A stretch of DNA of 64,000 bases from Neoechinorhynchus agilis (taxonomy: Eukaryota; Animalia; Acanthocephala), in contig CM121341.1 of the NCBI GenBank assembly GCA_051530055.1, positions 4,566,784 through 4,630,783 on the forward strand, in the 5' to 3' direction. Numbering within the stretch: position 1 is the stretch's first letter; the number at the start of each line of letters is the position of its first letter. The notes beneath the pieces are model-generated. The model was given only the letters and a program-made list of their open reading frames with translations. It was not told the origin of the DNA and did no database searches. Below, piece after piece: positions 24,410 through 37,026 of this stretch. Both the position numbers and the translations under genes were made by a program.

Positions 24410-27400
24410 CGAAACATAGAAAACCGAAACATAGATTGCATTAGCCTATTTCCGATTGCTCCGTATGGCTCGGGATCGCGGGGTTGTCATTCCCGTGGAT
24501 CGGAGCGCTTCATGATAACATTCGGTTTAAAAGTATTCCTCTTGTGGCGATTCACACCCCGAGAATCAGTTTCATTTTGTAATATTTCGTGGGCCAAACC
24601 TTTTCAAACATTGTCATCTGAAAAACCGAAACATAGATTGCATAAGCCTATTTCCGATTGCTCCGTATGGCTCGGGATCGCGGGGTTGTCATTCCCGTGG
24701 ATGTTGTCATTTCCGTGGATCGGAGCGCTTCGTGATAACATTCGGTTTAAAAGTATTCCTCTTGTGGCGATTCACACCCCGAGAATCAGTTTTATTTTGT
24801 AATATTTCGTGGGCCAAACCTTTTCAAACATTGTCATCTGAAAAACCGGAACATAGATTGCATTAGCCCTATTTCGATTGCTCCGTATGGCTCGGGATCG
24901 CGGGGTTGTCATTCCCGTGGATCGGAGCGCTTCATGATAACATTCGGTTTAAAGTATTCCTCTTGTGGCGATTCACACCCCGAGAATCAGTTTTATTTTG
25001 TAATATTTCGTTGGCCAAAACTTTTCAAACCATTGTCATCTGAAAAACCGAAACATAGATTGCATTAGCCTATTTCCGATTGCTCTGCATGGCTCGGGAT
25101 CGCGGGGTTGTCATTCCCGTGGATCGGAGCGCTTCATGATAACATTCGGGTGAAAAGTATTCCTCTTGTGGCGATTCACACCCCGAGAATCAGTTTTATT
25201 TTGTAATATTTCGTGGGCCAAACCTTTTAAAACATTGTCATCTGAAAAACCGAAACATAGATTGCATTTGCCTATTTCCGATTGCTCTGCATTTCTCGGG
25301 ATCGCGGGGTTGTCATTCCCGGCGGATCGGAGCGCTTCATGATAACATTCGGGTGAAAAGTATTCCTCTTGTGGCGATTCACACCCCGAGAATCAGTTTT
25401 ATTTTGTAATATTTCGTGGGCCAAACCTTTTAAAACATTGTCGTCGAAAAACCGAAACATAGATTGCATTAGCGTATTTCCGATTGCTCCCTATGGCTCG
25501 GGATCGCGGGGTTGTCATTCCCGTGGATCGGAGCGCTTCATGATAACATTCGGTTTAAGTATTCCTCTTGTGGCGATTCACACCCCGAGAATCAGTTTTA
25601 TTTTTGTAATATTTCGTAGGCCAGCCTTTTCAAACATTGTCATCTGAAAAACCGAAACATAGATTGCATTAGCCTATTTCCGATTGCTCTGCATGGCTCG
25701 GGATCGCGGGGTTGTCATTCCCGTGGATCGGAGCGCTTCATGATGACATCCGGGTGAAAAGTATTCCTCTTGTGGCGATTCACACCCCGAGAATCAGTTT
25801 TATTTTGTAATATTTCGTTGGCCAAACCTTTTCAAACATTGTCATCTGAAAAACCGAAACATAGATTGCATTAGCCTATTTCCGAATGCTCTGCATGACT
25901 CGGGATCGCGGGGTTGTTATTCCCGTGGATCGGAGCGCTTCATGATAACATTCGGGTGAAAAGTATTCCTCTTGTGGCGATTCACACCCCGAGAATCAGT
26001 TTTATTTTGTAATATTTCGTGGGCCAAACCTTTTCAAACATTGTCATCTGAAAAACCGAAACATAGATTACGTTATTTCTTTAGATTGCTCTGCATGGCT
26101 CGGGATCGCGGGGTTGTCATTCCCGTGGATCGGAGCGCTTCATGATAACATTCGGGTGAAAAGTATTCCTCTTGTGGTGATTCACACCCCGAGAATCAGT
26201 TTTATTTTGTAATATTTCGTAGGCCAAACCTTTTCAAACATTGTCATCTGAAAAACCGAAACATAGATTGCATTAGCGTATTTCCGATTGCTCCCTATGG
26301 CTCGGGATCGCGGGGTTGTCATTCCCGTGGATCGGAGCGCTTCATGATAACATTCGGTTTAAAAGTATTCCTCTTCTGGCGATTCACACCCCGAGAATCA
26401 GTTTTATTTTGTAATATTTCGTAGGCCAAACCTTTTCAAACATTGTCATCTGAAAAACCGAAACATAGATTGCATTAGCCTATTTCCGATTGCTCTGCAT
26501 GGCTCGGGATCACGGGGTTGTCATTCCCGTGGATCGGAGCGCTTCATGATAACATTCGGGTGAAAAGTATTCTCAACATGGCGGTTCACACCCCGAGAAT
26601 CAGTTTTATTTTGTAATATTTCGTAGGCCAAACCTTTTCAAACATTGTCATCTGAAAAACCGAAACATAGATTGCATTAGCCTATTTCCGAATGCTCTGT
26701 ATGGCTCCGGGATCGCGGGTTCGTTCCGTGGATCGGAGACGCTTCTGTGATAACATTCGGGTGAAAAGTATTCCTCTTGTGGCGATTCACACCCCGAGAA
26801 TCAGTTTTATTTTGTAATATTTCGTGGGCCAAACCTTTTCAAACATTGTCATCTGAAAAACCGAAACATAGATTGCATTAGCCTATTTCCGATTGCTCTG
26901 CATGGCTCGGGATCGCGGGGTTGTCATTCCCGTGGATCGGAGCGCTTCATGATAACATTCGGGTGAAAAGTATTCCTGTTGTGGTGATTCACACCCCGAG
27001 AATCAGTTTTATTTTGTAATATTTCGTGGGCCAAACCTTTTCAAACATTGTCATCTGAAAAACCGAAACATAGATTGCATTAGCCTATTTCCGATTGCTC
27101 TGCATTTCTCGGGATCGCGGGGTTGTCATTCCCGTGGATCGGAGCGCTTCATGATAACATTCGGGTGAAAAGTATTCCTCTTGTGGCGATTCACACCCCG
27201 AGAATCAGTTTTATTTTGTAATATTTCGTGGGCCAAACCTTTTCAAACATTGTCATCTGAAAAACCGAGCTTTTAAGATTGCATTAGCCTATTTCCGATT
27301 GCTCTGCATGGCTCGGGATCGCGGGGTTGTCGATTTCGTGGATCGGGAAAAACTATTAACATTCGGGTGAAAAGTAATCCTCTTGTAGCGATTCACATCC

Positions 27401-30400
27401 CGAGAGTCAGTTTTATTTTGTAATATTTCGTGGGCCATATTCACCTTTTCAAACATTGTCATCTGAAAAACCGAAACATAGATTGCATTAGCCTATTTCC
27501 GATTGCTCCCTATGGCTCGGGATCGCGGGGTTGTCATTCCCGTGGATCGGAGCGCTTCATGATGACATTCGGGTGAAAAGTATTCCTGTTGTGGTGATTC
27601 ACACCCCGAGAATCAGTTTTATTTTGTAATTTTTCGTGGGCCAAACCTTTTCAAACATTGTCATCTGAAAAACCGAAACATAGATTGCATTTGCCTATTT
27701 CCGATTGCTCTGCATGGCTCGGGATCGCGGGGTTGTCATTCCCGTGGATCGGAGCGCTTCATGATAACATTCGGGTGAAAAGTATTCCTCTTGTGGCGAT
27801 TCACACCCCGAGAATCAGTTTTATTTTGTAATATTTCGTTGGCCAAACCTTTTCAAACATTATCATCTGAAAAACCGAAACATAGATTGCATTAGCCTAT
27901 TTCCGATTGCTCTGCATTTCTCGGGATCGCGGGGTTGTCATTCCCGTGGATCGGAGCGCTTCATGATGACATTCGGGTGAAAAGTATTCCTCATGTGGTG
28001 ATTCACACCCCGAGAATCAGTTTTATTTTGTAATATTTCGTGGGCCAAACCTTTTCAAACATTGTCATCTGAAAAACCGAAACATAGTTTGCATTAGCCT
28101 ATTTCCATTGCTCTGCATTTCTCGGGATCGCGGGGTTGTCATTCCCGTGGATCGGGCGCTTCATGATAACATTCGGGTGAAAAGTATTCCTCTTGTGGCG
28201 ATTCACACCCCGAGAATCAGTTTTATTTTGTAATATTTCGTGGGCCAAACCTTTTCAAACATTGTCATCTGAAAAACCGAAACATAGATTGCATTAGCCT
28301 ATTTCCGATTGCTCCCTATGGCTCGGGATCGCGGGGTTGTCATTCCCGTGGATCGGAGCGCTTCATGATGACATTCGGGTGAAAAGTATTCCTCTTGTGG
28401 CGATTCACACCCCGAGAATCAGTTTTATTTTGTAATATTTCGTGGGCCAAACCTTTTCAAACATTGTCATCTGAAAAACCGAAACATAGATTGCATTAGC
28501 CTATTTCCGATTGCTCTGCATGGCTCGGGATCGCGGGGTTGCCATTCCCGTGGATCGGAGCGCTTCATGATAACATTCGGTTTAAAAGTATTCCTCTTGT
28601 GGCGATTCACACCCCGAGAATCAGTTTTATTTTGTAATATTTCGTGGGCCAAACCTTTTCAAACATTGTCATCTGAAAAACCGAAACATAGATTGCATTA
28701 GCCTATTTCCGATTGCTCCCTATGGCTCGGGATCGCGGGGTTGTCATTCCCGTGGATCGGAGCGCTTCATGATGACATTCGGGTGAAAAGTATTCCTGTT
28801 GTGGTGATTCACACCCCGAGAATCAGTTTTATTTTGTAATATTTCGTGGGCCAAACCTTTTCAAACATTGTCATCTGAAAAACCGAAACATAGATTGCAT
28901 TTGCCTATTTCCGATTGCTCTGCATGGCTCGGGATCGCGGGGTTGTCATTCCCGTGGATCGGAGCGCTTCATGATAACATTCGGTTTAAAAGTATTCCTC
29001 TTGTGGCGATTCACACCCCGAGAATCAGTTTTATTTTGTAATATTTCGTGGGCCAAACCTTTTCAAACATTGTCATCTGAAAAACCGAAACATAGATTGC
29101 ATTTGCCTATTTCCGATTGCTCTGCATGGCTCGGGATCGCGGGGTTGTCATTCCCGTGGATCGGAGCGCTTCATGATAACATTCGGGTGAAAAGTATTCC
29201 TCTTGTGGCGATTCACACCCCGAGAATCAGTTTTTTTTTGTAATATTTCGTGGGCCAAACCTTTTCAAACATTGTCATCTGAAAAACCGAAACATAGATT
29301 GCATTAGCCTATTTCCGATTGCTCTGCATGGCTCGGGATCGCGGGGTTGTCATTCCCGTGGATCGGAGCGCTTCATGATAACATTCGGGTGAAAAGTATT
29401 CCTCTTGTGGCGATTCACACCCCGAGAATCAGTTTTATTTTGTAATATTTCGTGGGCCAAACCTTTTCAAACATTGTCATCTGAAAAACCGAAACATAGA
29501 TTGCATAAGCCTATTTCCGATTGCTCCGTATATCTCGGGATCGCGGGGTTGTCATTCCCGTGGATCGGAGCGCTTCATGATAACATTCGGTTTAAAAGTA
29601 TTCCTCTTCTGGCGATTTTTGAGAATCAGTTTTATTTTGTAATATTTCGTGGGCCAAACCTTTTCAAACATTGTCATCTGAAAAACCGAAACATAGATTG
29701 CATTTGCCTATTTCCGATTGCTCTGCATGGCTCGGGATCGCGGGGTTGTCATTCCCGTGGATCGGAGCGCTTCATGATAACATTCGGTTTAAAAGTATTC
29801 CTCTTGTGGCGATTCACACCCGAGAATCAGTTTTATTTTGTAATATTTCGTGGGCCAAACCTTTTCAAACATTGTCATCTGAAAAACCGAAACATAGATT
29901 GCATTAACCTATTTCCGATTGCTCCCTATGGCTCGGGATCGCGTGGTTGTCATTCCCGTGGATCGGAGCGCTTCATGATAACATTCGGGTGAAAAGTATT
30001 CCTCTTGTGGCGATTCACACCCCGAGAATCAGTTTTATTTTGTAATGTTTCGTGGGCAAAACCTTTTCAAACATTGTCATCTGAAAAACCGAAACATAGA
30101 TTGCATTAGCCTATTTCCGATTGCTCCCTATGGCTCGGGATCGCGGGGTTGTCATTCCCGTGGATCGGAGCGCTTCATGATAACATTCGGGTGAAAAGTA
30201 TTCCTCTTGTGGCGGTTCACACCCCGAGAATCAGTTTTATTTTGTAATATTTCGTGGGCCAAACCTTTTCAAACATTGTCATCTGAAAAACCGAAACATA
30301 GATTGCATTAGCCTATTTCCGATTGCTCTGCATGGCTCGGGATCGCGGGGTTGTGTTCCGTTGATTAAAGGAGCGCTTCATGATAACATTCGGGTGAAAA

Positions 30401-33400
30401 GTATTCCTCTTGTGGCGATTCACACCCGAGAATCAGTTTTATTTTGTAATATTTCGTGGGCCAAACCTTTTCAAACATTGTCATCTGAAAAAAACCGAAA
30501 CATAGATTGCATTAGCCTATTTCCGATTGCTCTGCATGGCTCGGGATCGCAGGGTTGCCATTCCCGTGGACCGGGGCGCTTCATGATAACATTCGGGTGA
30601 CAAGTAATCCTCATGTGGCGATTCACACCCCGAGAATCAGTTTTATTTTGTAACATTTCGTGGGCCAAACCTTTTCAAACATTTTCATCTGAAAAACCGA
30701 AACATAGATTGCATTAACCTATTTCCGGTGCTCTGCATGGCTCGGGATCGCGGGGTTGTCATTCCCGTGGATCGGAGCGCTTCATGATAACATTCGGTTT
30801 AAAAGTATTCCTCTTGTGGCGATTCACACCCCGAGAATCAGTTTTATTTTGTAATATTTCGTGGGCCAAACCTTTTCAAACATTGTCATCTGAAAAACCG
30901 AAACATAGATTGCATTAGCCTATTTCCGATTGCTCCGCTTGGCTCGGGATCGCGGGGTTGTCATTCCCGTGGATCGGAGCGCTTCATGATAACATTCGGG
31001 TGAAAAGTATTCCTCTTGTGGTGATTCACACCCCGAGAATCAGTTTTATTTTGTAATATTTCGTAGGCCAAACCTTTTCAAACATTGTCATCTGAAAAAC
31101 CGAAACATAGATTGCATTAGCCTATTTCCGATTGCTCCGCTTGGCTCGGGATCGCGGGGTTGTCATTCCCCGTGGATCGGAGCGCTTCTTGATAACATTC
31201 GGGTGAAAAGTATTCCTCTTGTGGTGATTCACACCCCGAGTCAGTTTTATTTTTTAATATTTCGTGGGCCAAACCTTTTCAAACATTGTCATCTGAAAAA
31301 CCGAAACATAGATTGCATTTTGCCTATTTCCGATTGCTCTGCATGGCTCGGGATCGCGGGGTTGCCATTCCCGTGGATCGGAGCGCTTCATGATAACATT
31401 CGGGTGAAAAGTATTCCTCTTGTGGTGATTCACACCCCGAGAATCAGTTTTATTTTGTAATATTTCGTGGGCCAAACCTTTTCAAACATTGTCATCTGAA
31501 AAACCGAAACATAGATTGCATTAACCTATTTCCGATTGCTCTGCATGGCTCGGGATCGCGGGGTTGTCATTCCCGTGGATCGGAGCGCTTCATGATAACA
31601 TTCGGGTTAAAAGTATTCCTCTTGTGGCGATTCGCACCCCGAGAATCAGTTTTATTTTGTAATATTTCGTGGGCCAAACCTTTTCAAACATTGTCATCTG
31701 AAAAACCGAAACATAGATTGCATTAGCCTATTTCCGATTGCTTGTCATCTGAAAAACCGAAACATATTGCATTGCCTATTTCCGATTATGGCTCGGGAGT
31801 CATTCCCGTGGATCGGAGCGCTTTCCAATGTTCCTCTTGTGGCGATTAACCCCGAGAATCAGTTTTATTTTGTAATATTTCGGGTCATCTGAAAAACCGA
31901 AACATAGATTGCATTAGCCTATTTCCGATTGCTCTGCATTCGGGATCGCGGGGTTTCCCGTGGATCGGAGCGCTTCATGATAACATTCGGGTGAAAAGTA
32001 TTCCTCTTGTGGCGATTCACACCCCGAGAATCAGTTTTATTTTGTAATATTTCGTGGGCCAAACCTTTTCAAACATTGTCATCTGAAAAACCGAAACATA
32101 GATTGCATTAGCCTATTTCCGATTGCTCTGCATTTGGCTCGGGATCGCGGGGTTGTCATTCCCGTGGATCGGAGCGCTTCATGATAACATTCGGGTGAAA
32201 AGTATTCCTCTTGTGGCGATTCACACCCCGAGAATCAGTTTTATTTTGTAATATTTCGTGGGCCAAACCTTTTCAAACATTGTCATCTGAAAAACCGAAA
32301 CATAGATTGCATTAGCCTATTTCCGATTGCTCTGTATGGCTCGGGATCGCGGGGTTGTCATTCCCGTGGATCGGAGCGCTTCATGATAACATTCGGTGAA
32401 AAGTATTCCTCTTGTGGCGATTCACACCCCGAGAATCAGTTTTATTTTGTAATATTTCGTGGGCCAAACCTTTTCAAACATTGTCATCTGAAAAACCGAA
32501 ACATAGATTGCATTAGCCTATTTCCGATTGCTCTGTATGGCTCGGGATCGCGGGGTTGTCATTCCCGTGGATCGGAGCGCTTCATGATAACATTCGGGTG
32601 AAAAGTATTCCTCTTGTGGCGATTCGAGAATCAGATTTTGTAAACAAATTCAAACATTGTCATCTGAAAAACCGAAACATAGATTGCAAAGCCTATTTCC
32701 CTCGCATTCGGGATCGCGGGGTTGTCATTCCCGTGGATCGGAGCGCTTCATGATTCATTCCTCTTGTGGCATTCCACCCCGAGAATCAGTTTTATTTTGT
32801 AATATTTCGTGGGCCAAACCTTTTCAAACATTGTCATCTGAAAAACCGAAACATAGATTGCATTAGCCTATTTCCGATTGCTCTGTATGGCTCGGGATCG
32901 CGGGGTTGTCATTCCCGTGGATCGGAGCGCTTCATGATAACATTCGGGTGAAAAGTATTCCTCTTGTGGCGATTCACACCAGAGAATCCGAGAATCAGTT
33001 TTATTTTGTAATATTTCGTGGGCCAAACCTTTTCAAACATTGTCATCTGAAAAACCGAAACATAGATTGCATTAGCCTATTTCCGATTGCGGTATGAATC
33101 GCGGGGTTGTCATTCCCGTGGATCGGAGCGCTTCATGATTCGGTTGAAAAGTATTCCTCTTGTGGGATTCACACCCAGAGAATCATTGTAATATTTCGTA
33201 AGGATTGTCATCTGAAAAACCGGATTGCGCCTATTTCCGAATGGCTCGGGAATATCGGAGCGCTTCATGATAACATTCGGGTGAAAAGTATTCCTCTTGT
33301 GGCGATTCACACCCCGAGAATCAGTTTTATTTTGTAATATTTCGTGGGCCAAACCTTTTCAAACATTGTCATCTGAAAAACCGAAACATATTGCATTAGC

Positions 33401-33666
33401 TATTTCCGATTGATCTGCATTTCGCGGGGTTGTCATTCCCGTGGACCAGGCGCTTCATGATAACATTCGGGTGAAAAGTATTCCTCTTGTGGCGATTCAC
33501 CCCCGAGAATCGCGTGGGCCAAACCTTTTAAAACATTGTCATTGAAAAACCGAAACATAGATTGCATTAGCCTATTTCCGATTGCTCTGCGCCTCGGGAG
33601 CGTGGATCATGATAACATTCGGGTGAAAAGTATTCCTCTTGTGGCGATTCACACCCCGAGAATCAG
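24410..33666. repeat. Large satellite, 202-bp unit, ~45 copies
   Basis: Unit gaaaaaccgaaacatagattgc...aaacattgtcatct; period 202 measured at 26823 to 27025. Copy number is array length divided by period. Degrades with small deletions after ~31700. Confidence 0.97.
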
Positions 33667-33669
33667 TGC

Positions 33670-34290
33670 CAACCGATTCCGCCCGGCGTTGAAGCCTATT
33701 AATTTCCCTCTACTCCTACAACGTTCCTAATAGCCTCGGGTGAAGATAAGAAAATCCTTTAGATGAATGGTGATTCCTTACCGATCTTCAGGTTAAAATT
33801 TGTTAGCGAAAAATTCACGAGCGACATCAAGAGGCTCCTAAAAGATAAAGATCTATAGGGTCGATTGGTCCAAAGGAGTGCTTGAACATTACGCCGAATC
33901 CTAACAGGAACAATGCGCCACGAAAAAAGCCATGATACCTAACTACAGATCTGGATCGTCTACATCGGCACGTCCAATCACGGCCTCCGTGGATCAAACA
34001 CCACTCAAGATTCCATCCAGGAGGGCAAAGAACAAAATATTTGACGTCCGTGAAGTACCAAGCGCGAGAATCATTGCAACTTTCGCTTGCGGAAACTTTA
34101 CTTATATCGAAAGAGTTGAAAAGTGGGACTGATGCTCGTAGGGTGGAGACGACCAGCGTGAGACATGTTATTGTGCTTAACCAAAGAGACGAGTTGACCT
34201 TCTCATTGAACTCTGTTCTATCTCTACCTTTATAGATTGCGTGTGTTTTTCAGGGTCCTGACGAAGGAGTAAAACTCCGAAAATATCGGT
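33670..34290 (+). mobile_element. Possible decayed non-LTR retroelement 3' fragment
   Basis: RIIATFACGNFTYIE and a frameshifted ETVDLLIEC-RLR resemble LINE C-terminal CCHC regions; weak. Confidence 0.3.
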
Positions 34291-34693
34291 GTCAAAAATA
34301 AACATTTGCTTGCAACCGCTTTAATTGGTTAAATAAGGACAATCGAAAAGATAACGTGCGGTTGCGAAATCGATTTACAATGCACCAACTAAAGGTTGAT
34401 CGGAATAAAATAAAAGGCAAAAACATTGTGAAGAAAAAAAGATCAAATTTGGTCGATCGAACTAACATTTGCAATCAGCACATGTTGAGGTGGATGGATA
34501 CTAATTGGAGAACGGTAGGTACTTTAAAAAGAAATTGATCCATGTCCATTTAAAGTTGAAAACATGGTTGTCTTGAGTATGTACCGTCAATTCCGTTTTA
34601 CTCGGACCAAAATGATCTCCTCATAGAATTGAGTTAACATTTGGAATCAGTATGTTGAGGTGGATGGACAGTAATATTAACAAGTGCTTTAAT

Positions 34694-37026
34694 TTAATCC
34701 CATAGCTTCACAAGACCATCCCATCCAGCGGTCAGAACCTTGCTTGTTTCATGCCAATGCCATTTCACGTCGATGCAGACTGAATCATGTGCTTTTATCC
34801 TCTCGTACAGCTTTGTGGTCTTCCAATCCCAAATCATTAGTCGACCGTCAGCATCGCCACTGATTATATAGGTCATATCGGGAGAAAAGTCTAGTCCGCA
34901 GGCGTAACCGGATACCATGTGGCCTTTAAAGATTTTCTTCATCTTCCATCGAAAATTCGCCCCTGGTTCCATTATTCAGTGCTTTTATATAGCATTATTC
35001 GAAACAAACTCGTGTGTGTTAACAAACGTTGTCTTCAAACACATTAACAATTTTAGTTGATTTACGATTATTCGAGAGAGAGAGGAAAAAGAGAACATGG
35101 CAAGCTACAAACAACAACTAAATTTCCACTTCGAGGGTTTTTAGGCTCTCATGGAACATAAGCCGGCGCGAAGAAATTGATTTCATTTTAAAATCCTATT
35201 GATTTCGAAGGCCCACAATCTTGTTCTTGCTAACAACCTTGATCAAAAGGCGTACGAGATTGTGCCTTGTCGAAATCAATCGGATTTTTGAAAATAAAAT
35301 CATTTTAATTCTTTTTTACGCGCCATATAAAACAACCAAAATATGAAACAATCCTAAAAGTACAAAATAAAGTATCTAGAAATACTGAAATTCGAAATTT
35401 TTTCGCAATCAAGAATAATTGAAACGTTCGCAAAACCCAAGAAAGTTCAAAAACCAGAAACTATTACAATAGCAGTGATCTATTTTGATTTGATTATCCA
35501 TTGATTGAAACGCAAGATATCTACCATTTCGTGATTGAGCAACGGCGGGCATAGAATGCAGTGACGGATCTGCAATATACTTGAAATCCACTGGAATGTC
35601 CCATTCCCAAACGCGAATACTTTTGTCATCCGATGTGGAGATTATTCGACGATTCCTGTCGACGAACGTTATAGTGTTCACTGCTCCTAAGTGTCTATCG
35701 TATTCTTGAACCACGGAACCAGTACGAACATCAAAACAAGCTATCTTTTTACCGGAGCATCCTACCAAAAAATAATTCTGTCTATGATGATCAATGGATT
35801 CTTTGACAAAGATCTTAAAAAGCCTTCTAAAATATTTCACTTTAAAAAATTACGGTTGCTGGACAGGTATAGACCAAAAAAAGCGGATCCTATAACCCCT
35901 TTTCGGTAAAGATCTCAGTAATACTCGTGGAGTCTTCATCGAGGCGAAGACCCTGACGAATCCGAGGTGGCCAACGACGACAAAAACAAGCTAAAACCCC
36001 GCATTACCCATTGATCCTCTTATGCGGCGCAGGATTGAATACGACGCAGTATGGTAGTTTCCTGCAATTGAACTTTCCCTTAACACTTCCAGTTTCAGTA
36101 TCCCAAAGTTTTATTGTTCGGTCATAGGAAGCGGATAAAAACGCGTCACCTCCATTATTGAAGCAAATGTCTCGAACAGCTTGCTTGTGACCGATATAAG
36201 TCCGTACACACCGTCGTTGTCCATAAAACTCCCAAAGTTTAACCTTTGTATCCATCGAGCATGTAAGAAAAAGGTGACCAGATACCGGAAACAACTCTAA
36301 CTTTTGAACGGCTTTATTGTGTCCTTGATAAGTGTGGATGCATCGTTTGGGAATGTAACAGTGGATTGGTGGATCTTCGGACTTCAGATCGACGTCCAAA
36401 TCAGTCGGGATGTGAAGAAAAGAGCGACCCTGATAATCATAAGGATCTCGTATGTGCAGCACCGATCGATCATCGCAATCACCTTCACTTGTTTCATCAG
36501 GTTGGGTAACGCGGTTACGCTTTTCCTTCTTATTCATCATTTCATCCAATTCGCGTTTCTCATCTTCACTTGGCCTCGCAATCCTTACCTCGTCCTCAAA
36601 TGGAGCCCATGGACCCAAATAGCCATTCACGTCCGATGGATCGTTGTTCTTCAATTTAGTTCGCTTCCGTGCCGGTCGCTCTTCAGACTTCAAAAGTTCA
36701 ACAAAACGCTCCCTTCGTTCGTCTTCAAACGGAACCGGAGCGACGGCGCCTATTTCCACGTATCCGGAAAGAATATTCTTCGGAGCTCGTTGTTGGTCTG
36801 AGAGGAATGGATCCGGTGGACCTATCACAGGAGCGTACATATCTTCGTACTTTGGATTACGATACAATTCACAAGCGTTTGGGTTTATAAAACGTTCTAT
36901 TTGGTGAGCACGCGGACCATCCGTATCGATGGGGACGTCGGGAGCCGAGTTTACAGAATATTCCCGCACACGGGGAGGGGAATGTCCGGACTCTGAGCCG
37001 CTTTCATATTCCTGGATTGCGTCCAT
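34694..37026 (-). CDS. CDC40: Pre-mRNA splicing factor CDC40/PRP17 (WD40)
   Basis: MDAIQEYESGSES, LYRNPKYEDMYAPVIGP, GYLGPWAP, YDYQGRSFL, GHNKAV, EYDRHLGAVN, WEWDIPVD, FKGHMVSGYAC, WHWHETSK. Predicted exons 37026-36008, 35781-35468, 34962-34694. Confidence 0.97.
34975..35480. mobile_element. 506-bp TA-flanked insertion with imperfect TIRs forming CDC40 intron 2 (contains a nested family A MITE)
   Basis: TA(34973-74)-ttcagtgctttt ... aatagcagtgatc-TA(35481-82); tcagtgctttt versus tcactgctatt match 9/11. Precise removal restores K-I-M-E-P-G-A-N-F-R. Confidence 0.5.
35160..35340. mobile_element. Solo palindromic MITE, family A
   Basis: ggcgcgaagaaattgatttcattttaaaatcc ... ggatttttgaaaataaaatcattttaattcttttttacgcgcc are inverted arms; homologous to module A of the 370-bp arrays. 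Confidence 0.7.
35785..36020. mobile_element. 236-bp TIR element flanked by TA, forming CDC40 intron 1
   Basis: TA(35783-84)-tgatgatcaatgg ... ccattgatcctct-TA(36021-22); TIRs match 11/13. Removing the element plus one TA restores P-H-R-Q-N. Confidence 0.7.

Noticed and set aside
24480-24500. gtcattcccg resembling bacterial REP/RPE palindromes
   Set aside because: Only a half-motif with no complementary cgggaatgac arm on the same strand, and no bacterial genes nearby.
24410-33666. CRISPR-like array or repeated protein genes
   Set aside because: Units are contiguous with no unique spacers, there are no cas genes, and the context is eukaryotic. The many short ORFs are translations of the satellite in shifting frames.
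34465-34672. ~40-bp direct repeat pair near the CDC40 3' end as snoRNAs
   Set aside because: No C/D or H/ACA boxes recognised; likely a small local duplication.
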